DNA of 64,000 nucleotides from a virus: the IMG/VR virus record IMGVR_UViG_3300025128_006599, positions 12,489 to 76,488 of that record; one strand, written 5' to 3'. The notes under the pieces are model-generated. The model saw only the letters and a program-made list of their open reading frames with translations. It searched no databases and had not been told where the DNA came from. The stretch's first letter is position 1, and the number at the start of each line of letters is the position of its first letter. This document shows, piece after piece, positions 46,251 to 55,660 of the stretch. The position numbers were made by a program, and so were the translations under genes.

Positions 46251-47827
46251 TGTCTACTAATCCAACACCACTAAAAGAAGTAATCAAAACTGAATATGTG
46301 AAGTGTGCAAAAGATCCTGCATATTTTATGAAAAAGTATTGTATGATTCAACATCCAATTAAAGGTAAAATACCATTTAGTCTATATGATTTCCAAGAAT
46401 CTACTGTAAATGAATTTCAAGATAATCGTTTTAATATAATATTAAAGGCAAGACAACTTGGTATATCGACTGTTACTGCTGGATATAGTTTGTGGATGAT
46501 GACATTCTATCAAGATAAAAATGTTCTTGTGATTGCCACAAAACAAGATGTTGCAAAGAATTTAGTAACAAAAATTCGTGTGATGCATGCAAACTTACCG
46601 AGTTGGTTGAAACAAAAATGTGTTGAGGATAATAAGTTGAATCTTCGGTATGTTAATGGTTCTCAAGTTAAGGCAGTATCATCAGGACCAGAAGCAGCTC
46701 GTTCAGAAGCTCTATCATTGTTGATATTGGATGAGGCAGCATTTATTGATAAGATTGATGATATATGGACTGCAGCTCAACAAACATTAACGACTGGTGG
46801 TAGTTGTATTGCACTTTCTACACCAAATGGTGTTGGTAATTGGTTTCACAAAACTTGGGTAGAGGCCGAAGAAGGACGAGGATTATTTAACTTTATCAAA
46901 CTTCATTGGACGGTTCATCCTGAAAGAGACCAAACTTGGAGAGACGAACAAGATAACTTATTGGGTATGCAGAGTGCAGCACAAGAATGTGATTGTGACT
47001 TTATCACTTCTGGTACTTCAGTTATTGATGCACAAATTTTAGAAGAATGTAAAACCAAAACGGTTAAGGATCCTGTAGAAAAACGAGGAGTGGATAGTAA
47101 CTTGTGGATTTGGAAACCACCAAACTATACTAAAAATTATGTGGTATGTGCTGATGTTGGACGTGGTGACTCAGCAGACTATTCTGCATTCCATGTAATT
47201 GATGTAGAGAATGTAGAACAAGTTGCAGAATATAAAGGTAGAATACCTACAAAAGATTTTGGTAATATGTTAGTGAGTATTTCAACAGAATATAATGATG
47301 CCTTACTAATTATAGAAAACAATAATATTGGTTGGGCAACGATACAACAAGTAATAGATAGGGAATATCCTAATCTATTTTATACAAGTAAAGATTTACA
47401 ATATGTCGATATTGCTCATCAGATGACAAATCGATATAGAAGTAGTGATAAAAGTATGGTGGCTGGATTCAGTACAACGATGAAAACCAGGCCATTAATT
47501 ATTGCTAAACTTGAAGAATATTTTAGAGATGAATCTGTAGTGGTTCGTTCAAATAGATTGGTGGACGAATTATTCACATTCATTTATTTAAATAATAGAG
47601 CAGAAGCGATGAGGGGATACAATGATGACCTCGTGATGTCTTTTGCAATTGGACTTTGGGTTCGTGATACTGCATTAAGATTACGAACTGAGGGAATTGA
47701 ATTAACAAAAAAGACTCTTGATAGGATGATGGATGTTGATGGTGTTTATAAACCTGAAGAAAATAAATCTGATTATTGGGATATGGAAGTTAACAAAGAA
47801 AGAGAGTCCTTAGAGTGGCTCTTATAA
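46250..47827 (+). CDS. gp17: Terminase large subunit (T4 gp17-like)
   Basis: LKARQLGIS Walker A, LILDEAAF Walker B, STPNG, ADVGRG, IIENN, NDDLVMS. Confidence 0.95.
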   Translation: MSTNPTPLKEVIKTEYVKCAKDPAYFMKKYCMIQHPIKGKIPFSLYDFQESTVNEFQDNRFNIILKARQLGISTVTAGYSLWMMTFYQDKNVLVIATKQDVAKNLVTKIRVMHANLPSWLKQKCVEDNKLNLRYVNGSQVKAVSSGPEAARSEALSLLILDEAAFIDKIDDIWTAAQQTLTTGGSCIALSTPNGVGNWFHKTWVEAEEGRGLFNFIKLHWTVHPERDQTWRDEQDNLLGMQSAAQECDCDFITSGTSVIDAQILEECKTKTVKDPVEKRGVDSNLWIWKPPNYTKNYVVCADVGRGDSADYSAFHVIDVENVEQVAEYKGRIPTKDFGNMLVSISTEYNDALLIIENNNIGWATIQQVIDREYPNLFYTSKDLQYVDIAHQMTNRYRSSDKSMVAGFSTTMKTRPLIIAKLEEYFRDESVVVRSNRLVDELFTFIYLNNRAEAMRGYNDDLVMSFAIGLWVRDTALRLRTEGIELTKKTLDRMMDVDGVYKPEENKSDYWDMEVNKERESLEWLL

Positions 47828-47839
47828 GTGAGGTAAAAA

Positions 47840-49657
47840 ATGGCTGATAAAACATTATTTGGTCGGTTAAGTCGATTGTTTAGTACTAACGTTATAGTTA
47901 GAAACGTTGGTGGTAAAAAATTAAAAATTGCTGATACAGATAAATTACAACATGGTGTGAGAAGTCACCTTGTGGATAGATATTCAAAAATGCATAGTGG
48001 ATTGGACTTAATAAGTTCAGGATATTCTACTGTACATCAAGTTATGGCTGCAAGACTTGGGTTATTTAAGGATTACGAAACAATGGATTCTGATTCTATT
48101 ATATCAAGTGCTCTTGACATTTATTCAGATGAATCTACTATGAAAAATCCATACGGACAAGTTTTGGAAATTCAAAGTGATAATGATAACATCAAATCAA
48201 TATTACATAATTTATTTTATGATATTATGAATATTGAATTCAATCTCTGGCCTTGGGTAAGGAATTTAACTAAGTATGGTGATTTCTTTTTACATTTAGA
48301 TATAAGTGATAAGTATGGAGTTACAAACGTCATACCTCTTTCTCCATACGAAGTCATTCGAGCTGAGGGAGAAGATCCTGAAAATCCATACTATACTAAA
48401 TTTTATTTAGAAACGATGGAATCAACACATCCATATTTACATAAGGCTCAATCTGGTGTAGGTAAAGTTGAGTTTGAAAACTTTCAAATTGCACATTTTA
48501 GATTATCGAGTGACAGTAATCTTTTACCTTATGGTAAATCAATGTTAGAGGGAGCTAGAAAAGTTTGGAAACAAGTTACATTGATGGAAGACGCTATGTT
48601 AATACATCGTGTAATGAGAGCACCAGAAAAGAGAGTGTTTAAAGTTGATATTGGAAACATACCACCAAACGAAGTTGATAATTACATGCAAAGAATCATC
48701 AACAAGATGAAGAAGACACCATTCATTGATGATAAAACAGGTGACTATAACTTGAAGTTCAACATACAGAACTTAACAGAAGATTTCTTTATGCCAGTTC
48801 GAGGTGGAGATAGTGGAACGTCAGTTGAGTCATTACCAGGAATGCAATATGAAACTACAGATGACTTAGAGTATTTGAAAAATAGATTGTTGGCAGCACT
48901 TCGTGTCCCAAAGGCATTTCTTGGATATGAAGAAAGTCTTGGTAGTAAAGCAACATTGGCAGCTGAAGATGTTAGATTCGCTCGTACCATTGAAAGAATA
49001 CAGAGAATTATAACAAGTGAATTAACAAAGATTGCAGTTGTTCATTTATATTCACAAGGATTTACTGATGAAGAGTTGGTCAATTTTGAATTAAATCTAA
49101 CTAACCCATCTACAATCTATGAACAAGAGAAGATTGAATTGTGGAGTAATAAGGTTAATTTAGCTCGTGATGTAAAAGATAATACTTTAATGTCTGCAGA
49201 TTGGATTTATAAAAATGTTTTTAATTTTACAAACGACCAAGTTAAAGATATTGAAGATGGAATTATAAAAGACCAAAAACAAAAGTTTAGATATTCTCAG
49301 ATTGAACAAGAGGGTAATGATCCTGTTAAGAGTGGGGATGTAGTTGGTACACCAAGTGATTTGGCAGCAATTGGTACTTCTGGTGACGAGGGGGCTCCTG
49401 ATTCACCAGATGCAGTTGGTTCTGTATTCGACCAAGAGAATATGGGAAGACCTGAAGAAGTACCAAGTTATTCCAAAGATGGAAGTGCTAGAGGTAGAGA
49501 TCCTTTAGGTAAGGTTAAACCACAACTAGCATTGTCTCACTATGATTCTTTGAAACAATCAGGATTAAAGTCTAATTCTGTCAAAGAGATACTTAAAGAA
49601 ACAAATGAATCAGAAGAAATATCAAATGAATATGATGAATTTGTTAAAAAAGATTAA
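47840..49657 (+). CDS. gp20: Portal protein (T4 gp20-like)
   Basis: LMEDAMLIHRVMRAPEKRVFKVDIGN, EDFFMPVRGG, ALRVPKAFL. Confidence 0.95.
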   Translation: MADKTLFGRLSRLFSTNVIVRNVGGKKLKIADTDKLQHGVRSHLVDRYSKMHSGLDLISSGYSTVHQVMAARLGLFKDYETMDSDSIISSALDIYSDESTMKNPYGQVLEIQSDNDNIKSILHNLFYDIMNIEFNLWPWVRNLTKYGDFFLHLDISDKYGVTNVIPLSPYEVIRAEGEDPENPYYTKFYLETMESTHPYLHKAQSGVGKVEFENFQIAHFRLSSDSNLLPYGKSMLEGARKVWKQVTLMEDAMLIHRVMRAPEKRVFKVDIGNIPPNEVDNYMQRIINKMKKTPFIDDKTGDYNLKFNIQNLTEDFFMPVRGGDSGTSVESLPGMQYETTDDLEYLKNRLLAALRVPKAFLGYEESLGSKATLAAEDVRFARTIERIQRIITSELTKIAVVHLYSQGFTDEELVNFELNLTNPSTIYEQEKIELWSNKVNLARDVKDNTLMSADWIYKNVFNFTNDQVKDIEDGIIKDQKQKFRYSQIEQEGNDPVKSGDVVGTPSDLAAIGTSGDEGAPDSPDAVGSVFDQENMGRPEEVPSYSKDGSARGRDPLGKVKPQLALSHYDSLKQSGLKSNSVKEILKETNESEEISNEYDEFVKKD

Positions 49658-49688
49658 CATAATAAATGTATAATTATTTGAAGTTTTT

Positions 49689-49697
49689 ATATTTATA
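49689..49697 (+). promoter_or_regulatory. Putative late promoter motif ATATTTATA
   Basis: Recurrent intergenic motif upstream of 49734. Confidence 0.55.
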
Positions 49698-49733
49698 TAT
49701 GTACGAAAAATATACAGATTAATGGAGCGATTG

Positions 49734-50612
49734 ATGTCCTATAATAAAAAGCATAACAAAATAAAGAATACGGGTATTCTTTTTGAATTACTTACTCGAC
49801 AAATCACCGTAGATGTGTTGAACAACGAAAAAGATAGTTCTTCTATAAAAATTTTAAAAGAATTTTTCAATGCAAATACAGAATTGGGTAAGGAAAATGA
49901 ACTTTATAAGATTTTAACAGAAAAGAAATATAAAAGTGCTAAACACTCAGAGATATTGATTGAAGCTGTCATTAAAAATCGTAGAAAATTATCAAATCGT
50001 AGACTAAGAAACGAAAAATATAATTTAATCAAAGAAATTAAACGTAGTTACGATACAAAAGATTTTTTCAATACTAAATTACCAAACTATAAAGTCTTGG
50101 CATCAATTTATAATATATTTGAAGGTGAATCTGCACGTGAAAGTTACGGGCCAGTAATTGAGACCGATAGTAAAGTAGTTGTAATGGAAAATATCACAAA
50201 TCAATCGTCAAACAAGTCAAAAAATCTATCAGAAAAGTCTTACAAATCGTACGAAACACAAGAGGAAGACATTAGACTTTTGACATATCAACTATTAGTT
50301 GATAAATTCAATAAAAAATATAGTAATCTAAGTGAATCACAAAGAAATTTGTTAAGAGAATACATTAACAATTTATCAAACACTAATTCTTTGAGAGAAT
50401 TCATAGATGCTGAAGTTATTAAAATTAGAAAAGTTTTATCACAACACTTAAATAGAGTGGATGATAAAATAACGAAAATTAAACTGACCGAAGCAATTGC
50501 TCATACAGATAATGCTACGAGTGGGAAACGTGTAAAAGATTCTCACGTTGTATCTTTAATGAGATATTATGAATTAGTGAAGGAATTAGAAAATGTCCAC
50601 GAAAATAAGTAA
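49734..50612 (+). CDS. Hypothetical head-cluster protein
   Basis: KHNKIKNTGILFELL; located between portal and protease; GGAG SD favours ATG 49734. Confidence 0.65.
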   Translation: MSYNKKHNKIKNTGILFELLTRQITVDVLNNEKDSSSIKILKEFFNANTELGKENELYKILTEKKYKSAKHSEILIEAVIKNRRKLSNRRLRNEKYNLIKEIKRSYDTKDFFNTKLPNYKVLASIYNIFEGESARESYGPVIETDSKVVVMENITNQSSNKSKNLSEKSYKSYETQEEDIRLLTYQLLVDKFNKKYSNLSESQRNLLREYINNLSNTNSLREFIDAEVIKIRKVLSQHLNRVDDKITKIKLTEAIAHTDNATSGKRVKDSHVVSLMRYYELVKELENVHENK

Positions 50613-51246
50613 AAAAACATTTAAAGAGTTATTACGAAAACTCATCCAGCGTGAAATAGAGGAAGCATCAACCACTGCTAATGTACCTGGATACGATACA
50701 CCGAGGGCATTTGCAGGTAAGGGTACTAAGATGGGTGTACCATTGGATAGAAGAGATTCTATTGCAAGTGGTAGTGGATATGAAAAGATAGATGAGGCAG
50801 ATGATCACGAAGGAAAGATGGCAAAGGCTCAGTTAGAAAGAAGTATGGAATATGCTGGGATGATTTACAAAATGATTGGTAATGTTGACACCGATGGTGA
50901 TGGTGAAGTTAATTTTCCATCATGGGTACAATCATATTTGACAAAATCTCAAGATTATTTACAAAGTGTATATAATTACTTAGATGGTAAAGATGGATTA
51001 GATGATAAATTTCAAAAAGAAGAATCAGTAAATGAAGATGCTAAAGACGTAACTAAAGCAAAAAAAATTACACGTGATTTAGAAAAAATTGAAGGTAAAT
51101 ATCGTAAATCTATGTATGATTTATCCGATAGATTACAGGCAGATCCTAAAAATCACAAGTTACAAGATGAATTAGTAAGATCATATACAAAGAATGTAAC
51201 ATCTTTCATGAGAGATATGATTAAAATAACTAAAAGGATGAAATAA
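50593..51246 (+). CDS. Modular putative internal head protein
   Basis: Segments separated by IEE, IDE, VNE; module DHEGKMAKAQL..PSWVQSYLTKSQDYL. Confidence 0.55.
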   Translation: MSTKISKKTFKELLRKLIQREIEEASTTANVPGYDTPRAFAGKGTKMGVPLDRRDSIASGSGYEKIDEADDHEGKMAKAQLERSMEYAGMIYKMIGNVDTDGDGEVNFPSWVQSYLTKSQDYLQSVYNYLDGKDGLDDKFQKEESVNEDAKDVTKAKKITRDLEKIEGKYRKSMYDLSDRLQADPKNHKLQDELVRSYTKNVTSFMRDMIKITKRMK

Positions 51247-51866
51247 TGAAAGAGCTTATAGTCGATTATATTCCATTTGAAGTATCACCACAACAAATAA
51301 CCGAGGCCATGAAAGAAAACAATGGTAAGTTAGTTGTTAAGGGTGTATTACAAAGAGCAGATGCGAAGAATCAAAATGGAAGAGTATATCCAATGGAGAT
51401 TCTACAAAGAGAAGCAAAGAATTATGATGAGGGATTCATCAAACAATCCCGTGCTATGGGTGAACTTGACCATCCAGATTCATCAGTTGTGAATTTACAA
51501 AATGTATCACATAATGTAACTGAAATGCACTTTGAGGGTGATAACCTATTAGGTACAGTTGAAATCTTAACTACACCAAGTGGTAACATTTTAAGAGAAT
51601 TATTTAAGAATGGAATTAAACTTGGTATCTCTTCTCGTGGTATGGGTTCAGTAGAAACCGTAAATGAAGATAATGGTGGACAAGTAATGAAAGTTGGAGA
51701 TGATTTTGAACTTATAGCGTTTGATTTTGTAAGTAATCCATCTACACACGGAGCTTTTATGCATCCACTACAAGAAAATGTTGATAAGTCTCAAACACAA
51801 GGTAGAACTTGTGGTACGTATTGTAAGGCAGAAGATATAATTAACAAAATCATACGAGGAGAGTAA
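51246..51866 (+). CDS. gp21: Prohead core protease (T4 gp21-like)
   Basis: NQNGRVYP, GELDHP, NVSH, GISSRGMGS, FDFVSNPST. Confidence 0.95.
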   Translation: MKELIVDYIPFEVSPQQITEAMKENNGKLVVKGVLQRADAKNQNGRVYPMEILQREAKNYDEGFIKQSRAMGELDHPDSSVVNLQNVSHNVTEMHFEGDNLLGTVEILTTPSGNILRELFKNGIKLGISSRGMGSVETVNEDNGGQVMKVGDDFELIAFDFVSNPSTHGAFMHPLQENVDKSQTQGRTCGTYCKAEDIINKIIRGE

Positions 51867-51867
51867 A

Positions 51868-53049
51868 TTGCCCTCACGTTCTAAAGCACAACAAAAATTT
51901 ATGGGAATGGTTCATGCTCTTAAAAAAGGAGAAATGAAACCAAGCGATGCCTCACCCGAAGTTAAGAAAGCTGCAGATTCTATGACGAAAAAATCCACAA
52001 AAAAGTACGCTTCAACTAAACATAAGGGTAAACCAGAACGTGTTTCAAAGGAAGTGGTTAAAAAACTCGGTGAAATGATTAAACAAGAGGTCGCCAAACG
52101 AGATTATAAGGCAGAATATAAAAAATTTCAATCATCTACAAAGATGAAAAAGTATAGGGCAGAATTAAATAAGTATAATAGACAAAAAGGTACTTATGGT
52201 AATGGTGATGGTAAAGACGCATCACATAAAGGTGGGAAGATTGTAGGTTTTGAATCACAATCTAAAAATCGTGGAAGAGCAGAGAAAAGCCGTTTGAAGA
52301 AAGAAAATCTTGGTAAAAGATGTACGGTAAAAGAAGTATCAAAGTGGTTAAAAACACTTGAAGAATTTAGATATAGAAAAGTTCGTCCAGTTGATGCGAG
52401 AAGAGTTGCATCATTTGTGAATAATGGAATGAATGAAGAAGAATTACCAATGAGTTTACAAAAAAAGTGGGAACATAAAAAATATGGTAGAGAAAAACAT
52501 TTAGCAGGAAAATTTATTGAGACTTTTTTAAAAAAAGAATCCGTAAATGAAATCTTTCCAAAAGGAGCAGGTAGAAAAATAAGTAAAGCTATGCAAAAAG
52601 GAAAGTATAAACCTGAAAAAAGAAGGAAACCAAGATACGGTGAAGTTGAGGTAATGAAAGGTAAAGGAAGTAGACAAAGTTGGTTTTATTTAAAAACTCA
52701 AAATGATGTTAAACAATTGATAAGACTTGGTAGAAATAGTGCTTTCCCAACTGGAATTACTAAAAATAATTCAAAATTAAAGTTTGATAAGGGTTTACAT
52801 ATAAAAGAATCCGTAAATGAAGCCGTAGAACCAAGAGGTAATATAAAAAAAGTTCTTGATGTAGCTAAAAACAAACAAGCTAAAAAGATTGGTGGTACTC
52901 TTGTAGATGGAACTACTGCAAATATGATGACTCAAGTTTGGAATAAGGTAAACGACTCAAGTAAAGAAAAAATGAATAAGATGAATACAAAACAACTTAT
53001 CAATTTAATTCTAAGAATGTGGAAAGCAATGGGGACACCAAGAGTATGA
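51868..53049 (+). CDS. Modular basic putative internal head protein (DUF3008-like module, degenerate HNH-like module, others)
   Basis: MPSRSKAQQKFMGMV..ASTKHKGKP; RDYKAEY..GDGKDASH..SKNRG; two KESVNE sites. Confidence 0.6.
   Translation: MPSRSKAQQKFMGMVHALKKGEMKPSDASPEVKKAADSMTKKSTKKYASTKHKGKPERVSKEVVKKLGEMIKQEVAKRDYKAEYKKFQSSTKMKKYRAELNKYNRQKGTYGNGDGKDASHKGGKIVGFESQSKNRGRAEKSRLKKENLGKRCTVKEVSKWLKTLEEFRYRKVRPVDARRVASFVNNGMNEEELPMSLQKKWEHKKYGREKHLAGKFIETFLKKESVNEIFPKGAGRKISKAMQKGKYKPEKRRKPRYGEVEVMKGKGSRQSWFYLKTQNDVKQLIRLGRNSAFPTGITKNNSKLKFDKGLHIKESVNEAVEPRGNIKKVLDVAKNKQAKKIGGTLVDGTTANMMTQVWNKVNDSSKEKMNKMNTKQLINLILRMWKAMGTPRV
52533..52821 (+). repeat. 19 bp direct repeat AAAAGAATCCGTAAATGAA (52533-52551, 52803-52821) flanking an in-frame 90-codon unit
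   Basis: Read directly; a 1-mismatch partial copy lies at 51020-51036. Confidence 0.85.
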
Positions 53050-53339
53050 TTAAGTTAAAACATATATTAACAGAGAAAAGAGAATTTCCTGCAGATGGGA
53101 TTACTGTTATGAGTTTGCAAACTGATAGAAATGAACATACCAAAGCTAGACTTACTTTAGCTCAAGTAATGAAAAATAAAAAATTTATAGGTATCTACAA
53201 AGCTATAGAAAATATACAAGATATTGAAAGATTCTTCCCATCAGAGTTAAGAAAATATCGTGATAGTGTGGATAAAGAACTATTCAAAACTGCTAAAAAG
53301 ATGTATAGTAACTTCAAAGACATAAACGGAGCATTTTAA
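53046..53339 (+). CDS. Small putative internal head protein, MIKLKHILTE leader
   Basis: ATGA overlap with the preceding gene; paralog of 53339. Confidence 0.65.
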   Translation: MIKLKHILTEKREFPADGITVMSLQTDRNEHTKARLTLAQVMKNKKFIGIYKAIENIQDIERFFPSELRKYRDSVDKELFKTAKKMYSNFKDINGAF

Positions 53340-53683
53340 TGATTAAGTTAAAAAGTTTAATAAAAGAAAATTGTGAATGTGGTAATAGTTGTTGTTCTAC
53401 GAAAGAACAAATAAACGAGAAAAAAGAATTTAAAGGTAATCTACAAATGATTGCATCAATGAATAAAAAGAAACATGACTCAACGGTAGCAAGAATAGAA
53501 GTTGCAGACAGATTACCCCACAAATCTATGTCAGAGGTTTATACACATATTTACAAGTTAGAATTAAATCTGAACTATCCACCAGCTTTGAGAAAGGTTC
53601 GTGATTTAGCAGATAAAAATTTATTTAAACTTGCTAAGGGAATGGTAAGTAATTCCGATGAAGTAATTAAAGCATTAAAATGA
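53339..53683 (+). CDS. Small putative internal head protein, MIKLKSLIKE leader
   Basis: Shares EK[RK]EF, AR, LRKxRDxxDKxLFKxAKxMxSN with 53046. Confidence 0.65.
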   Translation: MIKLKSLIKENCECGNSCCSTKEQINEKKEFKGNLQMIASMNKKKHDSTVARIEVADRLPHKSMSEVYTHIYKLELNLNYPPALRKVRDLADKNLFKLAKGMVSNSDEVIKALK

Positions 53684-54033
53684 TTAAGTTAAACGAAATA
53701 CTCAAAGAATCATTACAACTACCAAATGGAAAAAAAATCCAAATGGGTAAAATTTTTACTGGTCAAGGAAAGGCATTTGTAAAAGAAGAAGATTTAAATG
53801 AGGAAATAATACCATTATCAAAGTCAGATATAAAAAAGATGGAACGGGCCTCTCAAAAATTAATTAAAGATTTAGAAACGTTTTTAAAAGTATGGAAGAA
53901 AAAACATAAAGTTTCTGTAAGTGATTCCGTTTTGTATGATACCTCTAAAGAGTGGGAAGGTCTTATACGAGATTTAAAAATGAAATTTGGTGGTTGGTTT
54001 GGTTTTGTTTACGATAGTGATTATGTAAAGTGA
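53680..54033 (+). CDS. Small putative internal head protein, MIKLNEILKE leader
   Basis: Same 14 nt start (ATGATTAAGTTAAA) as the two preceding genes. Confidence 0.65.
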   Translation: MIKLNEILKESLQLPNGKKIQMGKIFTGQGKAFVKEEDLNEEIIPLSKSDIKKMERASQKLIKDLETFLKVWKKKHKVSVSDSVLYDTSKEWEGLIRDLKMKFGGWFGFVYDSDYVK

Positions 54034-54041
54034 GGTATTAG

Positions 54042-54437
54042 ATGAATTATACAAAAAATATGTGGGACAATTGGAAAGACTTTAGATTAGACGAAGAATC
54101 TGATGATTTAACCAAATTATTTGAAGAATTTCAAAAAAAAGGTATTGAAGAGTTTTCTGCATATGGAACGACATTTTCAAATCCCGAAGCTCAAAAATTT
54201 GTAGAAAATGATATTAAAGAAATGGGTAAAATTTTTAACAAATCTTCACAAAGGGCAATTGCAATAATGCTAAGTGGAGTAAAAAATGGTAAGTATGATG
54301 CTATGGATTTGATTCGTGGTATTAAACAAGGAAATGTTCGTGATACAAGTATGGGTGTTAGAGAGATGTTACAAGTATTGTGGAATAAAGTAGAAAAAAG
54401 ATTTAGAAAATATTTAGGTGGTAAAAAACGTAAGTAG
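54042..54437 (+). CDS. Hypothetical (putative internal head) protein
   Basis: GAGGT SD; leader MWDNWKDFRLDE. Confidence 0.55.
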   Translation: MNYTKNMWDNWKDFRLDEESDDLTKLFEEFQKKGIEEFSAYGTTFSNPEAQKFVENDIKEMGKIFNKSSQRAIAIMLSGVKNGKYDAMDLIRGIKQGNVRDTSMGVREMLQVLWNKVEKRFRKYLGGKKRK

Positions 54438-54440
54438 TTT

Positions 54441-54449
54441 ATATTTATT
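54441..54449 (+). promoter_or_regulatory. Putative late promoter motif ATATTTATT
   Basis: Recurrent intergenic motif upstream of 54470. Confidence 0.5.
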
Positions 54450-54469
54450 ACCGAATTAGGAGAACAAAA

Positions 54470-55291
54470 ATGGCAAAGTTAAAAGATATAATCAAAGAAA
54501 ATTTTTCACTTGTGGGTGGAGTTGTTAGTGTACCTGCAATTGGTGGTGCACCAAGTAAGGGTTTAACCGATATCGTAGAAGATATTTACGGAACAAACTC
54601 TGAAAAGGTTTCTGCTAAAGAAATAAAAGAATCAATGAAAACTTTTTCTCAAATGGGTAAACTTTTACAAACAGAAAAGAATTTAAAAGAAATTGCAAAT
54701 TCTCTATCTACTATTGCAACAAAGGCAAAAACCTACACATTAAGTGAGACAGAAGATTGGTTTGATAAAGTTACTGTAAATCGTAATATGAAGGAACTTA
54801 CTACATTATCAAAATCTTTTAACAAAATTGCAACAGAAGCTCAGTCTCTACAAGAAAGAATGAGTGCACTATATGAAGATATGGGACACGTTATTGGTCG
54901 TTACTATGAAATAAGTGATGAAGAAGAAGGACATGGAGAAGAAAATATCGAAGAGGGAGATTACGAAGAGTTCTTCCAAAAGGCAATGGATAAGTTTGGT
55001 ATTAAATCACCAGCAGAACTTGATGATGATAAAAAGAAAGAGTTCTTCAATTATGTAGATAAAAATTACAAAGCAAAGTCTGAAGGTAACTTATCTGAAG
55101 CAAAATTTGCAGTAAGTTTTGAACTTGGTCAAGGTGGAGATGGAACTATTATTGTAGATGCATCAGGATCAGGACAAGCAAAGGCAATAGTAGCAAAACA
55201 ATTAAAAAAAGGTCTAAAGGCAGTTAAAGGTGTAAAGAGAGTTCAGTCAGGATTTGGAAAACAAATGGACAAGAAACTCGGAGACGACTAA
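54470..55291 (+). CDS. Modular head-cluster protein, MAKLKDIIKE leader
   Basis: Coiled core DWFDKVTVNRNMKEL..LYEDMGHVIGRYYEI plus appended modules after IEE and LSE. Confidence 0.6.
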   Translation: MAKLKDIIKENFSLVGGVVSVPAIGGAPSKGLTDIVEDIYGTNSEKVSAKEIKESMKTFSQMGKLLQTEKNLKEIANSLSTIATKAKTYTLSETEDWFDKVTVNRNMKELTTLSKSFNKIATEAQSLQERMSALYEDMGHVIGRYYEISDEEEGHGEENIEEGDYEEFFQKAMDKFGIKSPAELDDDKKKEFFNYVDKNYKAKSEGNLSEAKFAVSFELGQGGDGTIIVDASGSGQAKAIVAKQLKKGLKAVKGVKRVQSGFGKQMDKKLGDD

Positions 55292-55308
55292 ACGAAAAGA
55301 GGTTATAA

Positions 55309-55512
55309 TTGATTGAAGTAAGATTGAAAAGAAACGAATCTATTGAGAGAGCAATTTCAAGATTCAAGAAGAAAGTTAAAGAGAGTGGTTTTTTGTTTGA
55401 GTTAAAAGAAAGACAATACTACACTAAACCATCCGAAGAACGAAGAGAAAAGAAAAATAGAGCTAAAAGACGTAATTATTATCAACGATTACGTGACGAA
55501 AAAAGTTTCTAA
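55309..55512 (+). CDS. rpsU: Phage-encoded ribosomal protein bS21
   Basis: VRLKRNESIERAISRFKKKV..ELKERQYYTKPSEERREK..A.RR; TTG start with GAGGT SD. Confidence 0.9.
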   Translation: MIEVRLKRNESIERAISRFKKKVKESGFLFELKERQYYTKPSEERREKKNRAKRRNYYQRLRDEKSF

Positions 55513-55538
55513 TTTTCATAGTTTTTTAATATAAGTAT

Positions 55539-55660
55539 ATATTTATATAAAACGAAATACACTATCGTATATTCCTATACATCATATAGTGTACCTGATT
55601 AAGTAATTAATTTAATTATAGTTCCCAATAACTATACTGAAATCCAAATGGAGAAACATA
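55539..55660 (+). promoter_or_regulatory. Late promoter motif plus structured 5' leader of the scaffold/capsid operon
   Basis: ATATTTATA at 55539-55547; hairpin TACACTAT/ATAGTGTA with inner GTATA-TTCC-TATAC; hairpin TATAGTT-CCCAAT-AACTATA; SD GGAGA. Confidence 0.6.

Noticed and set aside
52095-52310. Active HNH homing endonuclease
   Set aside because: Only a short degenerate module embedded in a larger basic protein.
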